Below are positions 55,383 to 64,000 of a DNA stretch of 64,000 nucleotides, in pieces. Positions within the stretch are counted from its first letter, which is position 1. Every line of letters starts with the position of its first letter. The stretch comes from the human T2T-CHM13v2.0 reference genome, Homo sapiens. A program made the position numbers and the translations under genes. Below the pieces are notes generated by a model. It was not told the origin of the DNA, searched no databases, and saw only the letters and a program-made list of their open reading frames with translations. The stretch is taken from NCBI RefSeq assembly GCF_009914755.1, contig NC_060938.1; one strand, 5' to 3'.

Positions 55383-56928
55383 GGTAACATGGATAGTGAG
55401 ACCCTGTCTCTCCAAAAAATTTTTATAAAATAAAAAAACAAAAATTGAAAAAAAAGTATGTAAATCAAAACTTATTTAATTCAATGAAACTATAATACTG
55501 AAAACCGGGACAGGACAGCAGCCAGTTTCTTTCTCCTCCTTGATGAGAACCACCTCAGTTCCCAGAAAGGGAGGTTTGGTGAGATAACTGACTCAGATAA
55601 GAAAGCATCCAGTTTAGGGAGGAATGCCGGAGTACCCTCTGCCTAGGGCTAGAGAGAACTCTCAGGCTCTCCCATTCCCTCCCCAGCAACAAGCTGAGCA
55701 AATCAGTCGAAATCCATTTCTCTCTAAGGTCTCTGTCCATATCAAATAACGATCAAACTCATGAAAATTACTTCTAGCCACAAATCATCAATCATCATGT
55801 CCAGAAACCTATCCTGAATTCTCCCAACTCTCAAAGCTGGGTGTTACTCTATGTGCCCTGCAATAGCAGACAAGAGGCTGATGGCTCCATTACCACGGAG
55901 TAGCTAAGCCAGAATCTGATTCCCAAGCCCCCTTGCTCATGTGCTCTCTCAGAATCCCTGCTGCTCCCTGCTGCCTGCCTGCCTGCCTGCCTGAAATGTC
56001 TCACACCCTTCTCTGCCTGAACTCTGCTGATTGATTATCTTTCCAATTTGAACCTCAGCTCTTCACAGCCTCTCCTGACACCTATGCTTCTGGGAACAAG
56101 TTGGTTGCTCCATCCTTTGTGATCCCCAAACACTCCTTTAGTAACTTTATGAAAGCACTCACACTGCAGTTTAGTTATTCATGTCTTCCCCAGCAGACAG
56201 CAAAGGTAAGCCCTGGGTTTATTCTTCCATGTACCTCTAGTACCTGGCACACAGCTTATCAAAAAATATTTACCTAATGAATGAATCTCCTTAGTCATCT
56301 AGTTCAACTTTTTCCTCTAAGGTTTATCCTTAGAATGTCTTTACTTGTTCCAGTTGAAGACTGATTCCCCCAGCTGGACTTTAGATGGCCTCTTGTTTAA
56401 CGTCCTGGTACTGAGTTGAGCTTTCCCACATCTAAGGAGAGCCAGGCTGGTCTCTTGGGGTCTCCTCCAGGTCTCCCAACCTTAGTCTGTTTTCTTCACC
56501 CTCTGCTAACATCTGCCCACCATCCTGGTCACTATTTTTGGAATTCCTTTTGGTTTACCCTGTCCTTCCAAAAAATGTGGTGCCCCGCGTGAAGGCAACA
56601 AGGCAGCAGCAGTAAGGTTTTGAAGTCAATCAAGTATAAAAATTATCCTTAAAAATTCCAGGGGAAAGTGCCAGGTAGAATGCCTGAGTGATCCCAGGAC
56701 AGCCAATCTCCCACTGCAATAGAATAGATAACTGTTTCTTTGCTAGAGGATCAGCTAGATAAACAGGACTTGCATTTAGGGTCCATGTTGCAGGGAAAAA
56801 CATGTGTCTATAAATATCAGAACTCCATTTAAGAAGCACATGGGAATGAAATTAGACTGAGGAAATAGCAGATGATCATGATCACAAGGCATATACTTTG
56901 CGTGGGAATCATCCACACTATTGAAATC

Positions 56929-56929
<1 letters not shown>

Positions 56930-56963
<34 letters not shown>
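56930..56963. repeat. (TG)n microsatellite; further (CA)n tracts at 22130-22170 and 48248-48287
   Basis: Direct reading. Confidence 0.9.
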
Positions 56964-56967
<4 letters not shown>

Positions 56968-58380
56968 ATGCAACTTTCTGTGTGGTCAGAGACAAGGAGA
57001 ATGGAACTACCATCTTCCTCATTTCACGCATTTATGAGTTTACCCCATTTCTTGTGTAAATGTTCTTCTTCCCCCTACCTATTGACATCCTCCTTTATTT
57101 CTTTGTTGACTTTCAGAATTGAGTTGAACTTCAGAGGTTTTTCAACTTGGAGTTCAGGAACATCTGAAATTACATTAATGCTTGCAAGTACATTGGTATG
57201 TACATGGTTTTGAGCAGTCTCCTGGCTTTCTTACCTTTCGAAAGGAGGCTGAGATGCCAAAAGGTTAAGGACCATTGTCTTCAGTGTTTACCACATAAAT
57301 TGCAAATAGGACATTGAGACTTTGTTAAGAGAAGTAGATTCACCTGTTTAACAAATACTACACTCTGAAACAAAGAAATGCAGTTATAACCAGTGAAGTA
57401 CTCTATTATCTTCCCTAAACAAAAGTACTGGGCGTGTAAAGAGCAAAACTGCCTACTCCACAGCAGATCACAGCAGACCTTCAAGGAGAAAGCTAAAAAG
57501 CCTCTTGAAAATTAACCCCCAGTTCCCCCTTTTCAAGAACTTGAATCTTGTGCTCATTCTGAAAGTTTCCACTGCGGTGGAGGAGCATAATAGGCACTTA
57601 AAGAAACTGGGTATTGTATTGGGATGAGGAGTGGAAAGGACTATAGAATTGTTTAACAGAACAACATGATAAAGACTTGGGTTGCATCAAAATCATCTCA
57701 CAGAGATCAGGACACGCTGATTCTGCAATCTGGGGAAGGGTGGCATCAAGACAGCCAATTCTGGAGCAGCTGAGAAGAGAATGTGGCCCAGGAGTGTTTC
57801 TGGATCCCTGGAATACCACCAGGAGGTAGAATACCATCCTTTCTATCTTGGCCCCAGAGTGTAGGTGACAATACCTTTGGACTGGCAAGTTCCCAGAGGA
57901 CAAGAAAATGACTTCTTTAGAGCAAGGATTCTTGACACCTTTTGGGACCCATCATGTTCCATTTTTTTTAAACACTAAAAGAAAGATTGCTTTCCCCGCC
58001 AAATAACAGCATGAACATTATCTTAAAAGGCAAAGACATTAATTTCTATGAAGCCAGGCACGAGACACTTTTGGGTGTCACAATAAGAATGACAATACGT
58101 TCTGATGTTGAGCACAGAAGGAGGGTGCATCAGTGAAAATTATGACAGACAGCATGACGGTGCTGAGAGGCAAGCTACGGATCCAAGCCCGCGACTGCTC
58201 AGCCAGGATCTCTGTTCCCTATGGGAGCAGTGAATCACCTGAACTTTGGGTCAATGGAAGAAGTAAAATGCATAACACCCTAATCCTAAGACACAAGTCC
58301 TGACCCCCTAAACCAAGGTTTTCAGCACTTTGCTAAAAACACGAACAAGCTCTAAGCCTGGCAAAGATGGCAATACATAC

Positions 58381-58450
58381 CCAGGTTGTGGAAGACACTG
58401 CAGAGGTGGCCACTGGTCACGCTGGGCAGTTGAGCTGCTGAGAGTGCCCT
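58381..58450 (-). other. WARS1: WARS1 non-coding first exon of the proximal (IFN-responsive) promoter; 5' end approximate
   Basis: Donor CCTGG|GTATGT at 58380; lies directly downstream of the ISRE/GAS cluster. Confidence 0.75.
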
Positions 58451-58485
58451 GCCCAGCCAGAAATGGTCTTTAATACTCTTCCCCT

Positions 58486-58837
58486 CTTTCTTTCAGTTTC
58501 CCTTCTGAAAAAAGATGCTTTTGTCTTTCGTTCTCCCCACCCTGCATTCAGCTAAGGGTTTCTTATAAATCACCCAGATTCTCAGAAACACTTGAGCTCT
58601 TGACCAACCTTCTTGATGAGACTGTCCAATCAGGGGTGGGTTGCCTGGGGGGCCAGGTTGAGACCAATGAAACCCTCTTGAGAATCGAGCCATTAGCTGG
58701 TCATTGCATCAGCCACCCCTCACCCCCCGCTGGCCTCCAAATAACCTCCCCACCCTCTTCCCGTTCCCCACCCTCAGCGTCAGTGTGACTGATTTTGTGT
58801 AGTCGTGGGCGGTGGAAAGGGAAACTGTAAATTCCCC
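58486..58837. promoter_or_regulatory. Interferon-responsive WARS1 promoter (ISRE, GAS, CCAAT boxes, second ISRE, kB-like site)
   Basis: TTTCAGTTTC 58491-58500; TTCTCAGAA 58579-58587; CCAAT at 58626 and 58664; GAAAGGGAAACT 58815-58826; GTAAATTCCCC 58827-58837. WARS1 is an established IFN-gamma-induced gene. Confidence 0.8.
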
Positions 58838-59357
58838 GCATCTGTTCACCGAGGCGGCACAGTGCAGTGGAAAGATCAGGAGTTCTGGGGTCACAGACGC
58901 CTGGGTTTCAATCCCAGCTTGGACTTATTCGAAACCTTGGGCAAGGGTCGCATTACTTTTCTGCTTCCCCTTCGGTTTCCTCATCTGTGGAATGGGCATG
59001 GAGAAGCCTGCTAACATTACCGTTGAGGGGACTAAGTGCAACACTACGCAAAGCCTCTGGCACATGGCAGGCGCTAAATAAAAATGGGGGCCTCTCTCCT
59101 CGGGAAAAGCGAACAGGCGGAGACGATGAAGGGTGCCAGTGGGAAAGGGAGACGGGGTGGGTCGGCGGCGCTCAGAGGAAAGGGGCGAGGGGTCGGTGGC
59201 AGGCTCCGCGCCTCACAGTGCCAGAACGCGGCGGGCAGCAAGCCGGGCTCTAAGGATACTCCCGGGAGGGCCAGGCCACTGGGCGCCGCGCCAGCGTCCC
59301 TCCATCACTCCCTCCCTTGTTTCCTCACTCCGCCCCGGCCTTACTCCCCTCGCTTAC

Positions 59358-59445
59358 CCTGCCCAGCCGGGCCAGTCAGCGCTCCCGGCTCAGCAACCGG
59401 CTGTCTCCTGGGCGTCCGTGGAAACGCCGTCCGGACGGAACAACT
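59358..59445 (-). other. WARS1: WARS1 alternative upstream non-coding first exon; 5' end approximate
   Basis: Strong donor AGG|GTAAGC at 59357 inside the CpG island. Confidence 0.65.
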
Positions 59446-59529
59446 TCCGGCCCGACGGCGCCGTCATTGGCTGTTCGCGCGGGGGCGGGGCAGAGGCCGC
59501 CACTGATTGGCTGGCGGCCGCGGCGTCGC

Positions 59530-59602
59530 GTCGGAACGCGACTGGATGGTAGTGTGCTGGCCGGTCTGCCTCCGGGAGAACCGAGCGCTTCCGGTGCGTG
59601 TG
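59530..59602 (+). other. WDR25: WDR25 non-coding exon 1; 5' end approximate
   Basis: Donor GTG|GTGAGC at 59603 (alternative CCG|GTGCGT at 59594). Confidence 0.6.
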
Positions 59603-60388
59603 GTGAGCGGCGGGCCCCGGGCTGGAGGGGCCGGGACTGGGCAGCGCCTAAAGCGCCCCGTGCCGCTTAACGCGGTCTCTCATAGCCGCTCGCCTTCCTT
59701 TCACTTCCTGTTCCTTCAGAAAGCGCTGTGCCTTGGACCAACCTTACTTCTTACTATTGACAGCTCAGCTAACTCCTATTCATCCTTCAAAACCCATCTC
59801 TGGTCGTATCTTGTTTGTTGCTTTCATCGCTCTGGGGCCTCCGGGGGGATCTGTGTTTTGTGTTTGATTTCCACCCACACCAGACCCAGCATAGGGCTTG
59901 ACAAAGAGTACGTAATCAGGAAATGTTTGTTGAATGGGAATATCCTATTTCTTTTACTTCCTAGCATCTCCCCCTCCCACCCGTTTGCATTCCAGAAATA
60001 TTTTTAGACGCTGGGCATTGAATAGTGAACAAAACACAGAAAGTCCTGTCCTCATGGGGCTGACTTGCTGATAGTGACTGTCAGAGTCACTCGCTCCTTC
60101 CTTAGACTCTTCTCCAGTGTCCCTGCCTTCCCTTCCATCTTACTGTCTGTTCCTCTTCGTTTAATCCCTCATCTCCTTCCAGAGGGAGCACGGGCACCCT
60201 GGTGGTGGGAATCTGGGTGCATGGTGGGTGGTGCCTGGACAGAGGAGTTGAGAGTGGCCTCGGGACCAGGCTTAGGATTTAGAGAACAGAAATGCCAAAT
60301 TATTTGCAGTGCACGGTTCCATTAGTTTATAATTAGTCTTTCATATTATATTAGTTCCATTGGAGATGAGCTGGCTGGCTGGCTTTAG

Positions 60389-63560
<3,172 letters not shown>

Positions 63561-63692
63561 CTGTGTTTATTCTTATGAGTGTTGAGTTATTGGATTTCCT
63601 AGGTGACATGGTTTCTTATAACTACATACATATTCTTCCATGCACATTTTCTGACGGTTGACCTTGTTTGATCTTAGGTGGTTTGGCTTTGA

Positions 63693-64000
63693 ATGACAGC
63701 AAGAACTCTGTCTTTAATGGCTTCATTGGTAGCGTATGATGATTCGGACTCGGAGGCTGAGACAGAGCATGCAGGAAGTTTTAATGCTACCGGCCAGCAG
63801 AAAGACACTTCTGGTGTGGCCAGACCACCTGGGCAGGATTTTGCATCTGGTACACTGGATGTGCCCAAAGCAGGGGCACAGCCCACAAAGCATGGCTCCT
63901 GTGAAGACCCAGGGGGCTATCGCCTTCCATTGGCTCAGCTTGGGAGAAGCGATCGGGGATCTTGCCCCAGCCAGAGGCTACAGTGGCCCGGGAAGGAGCC
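63693..64000 (+). CDS. WDR25: WDR25 first coding exon, truncated by the window end (acceptor at 63677)
   Basis: tcttag| then ATG: MTARTLSLMASLVAYDDSDSEAETEHAGSFNATGQQKDTSG...QRLQWPGKE; open to the end of the window. Confidence 0.92.
   Translation, partial: MTARTLSLMASLVAYDDSDSEAETEHAGSFNATGQQKDTSGVARPPGQDFASGTLDVPKAGAQPTKHGSCEDPGGYRLPLAQLGRSDRGSCPSQRLQWPGKE

Larger units (their letters stand above)
59100..59700. promoter_or_regulatory. CpG-island bidirectional promoter of WARS1 and WDR25
   Basis: High CpG density; ETS sites ACTTCCGG (~59443) and CTTCCGG (~59588); two ATTGG boxes (59466, 59506); GC box; divergent splice donors at 59357 (-) and 59603 (+). Confidence 0.85.

Noticed and set aside
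59084-60007. Several 117-166 aa ORFs at the bidirectional promoter
   Set aside because: Arg/Gly/Pro-rich CpG-island ORFs; the recognisable WDR25 start is at 63693.

Overview
Human (primate, Alu-rich) genomic DNA, recognised from the encoded proteins as the SLC25A47 - WARS1 - WDR25 locus (14q32). It holds the complete 6-exon SLC25A47 gene (+, CDS 6439-12670, 308 aa) and the complete WARS1 gene (-, 10 coding exons, 52284-17896, 471 aa). WARS1 has two alternative first exons: one under an ISRE/GAS cluster, one in a CpG-island promoter shared head-to-head with WDR25, whose first coding exon starts at 63693 and runs off the window. Insertions include about 45 Alus, an SVA, a solo LTR7 (HERV-H), a MER85 piggyBac MITE, old L1s, a 7SL pseudogene and an NDUFB3 processed pseudogene. 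The main unexpected signal is in the unique AT-rich sequence of WARS1 introns 1 and 2. About 14 minus-strand exon-like segments (57974 to 45375) have AG/GT boundaries and mostly compatible phases, and splice into a ~520-codon protein-like frame broken by stops, frameshifts and one Alu. This looks like a decayed multi-exon gene interleaved with WARS1, starting just below its interferon-responsive promoter. I cannot name its family. The reconstruction is manual and needs comparative confirmation.
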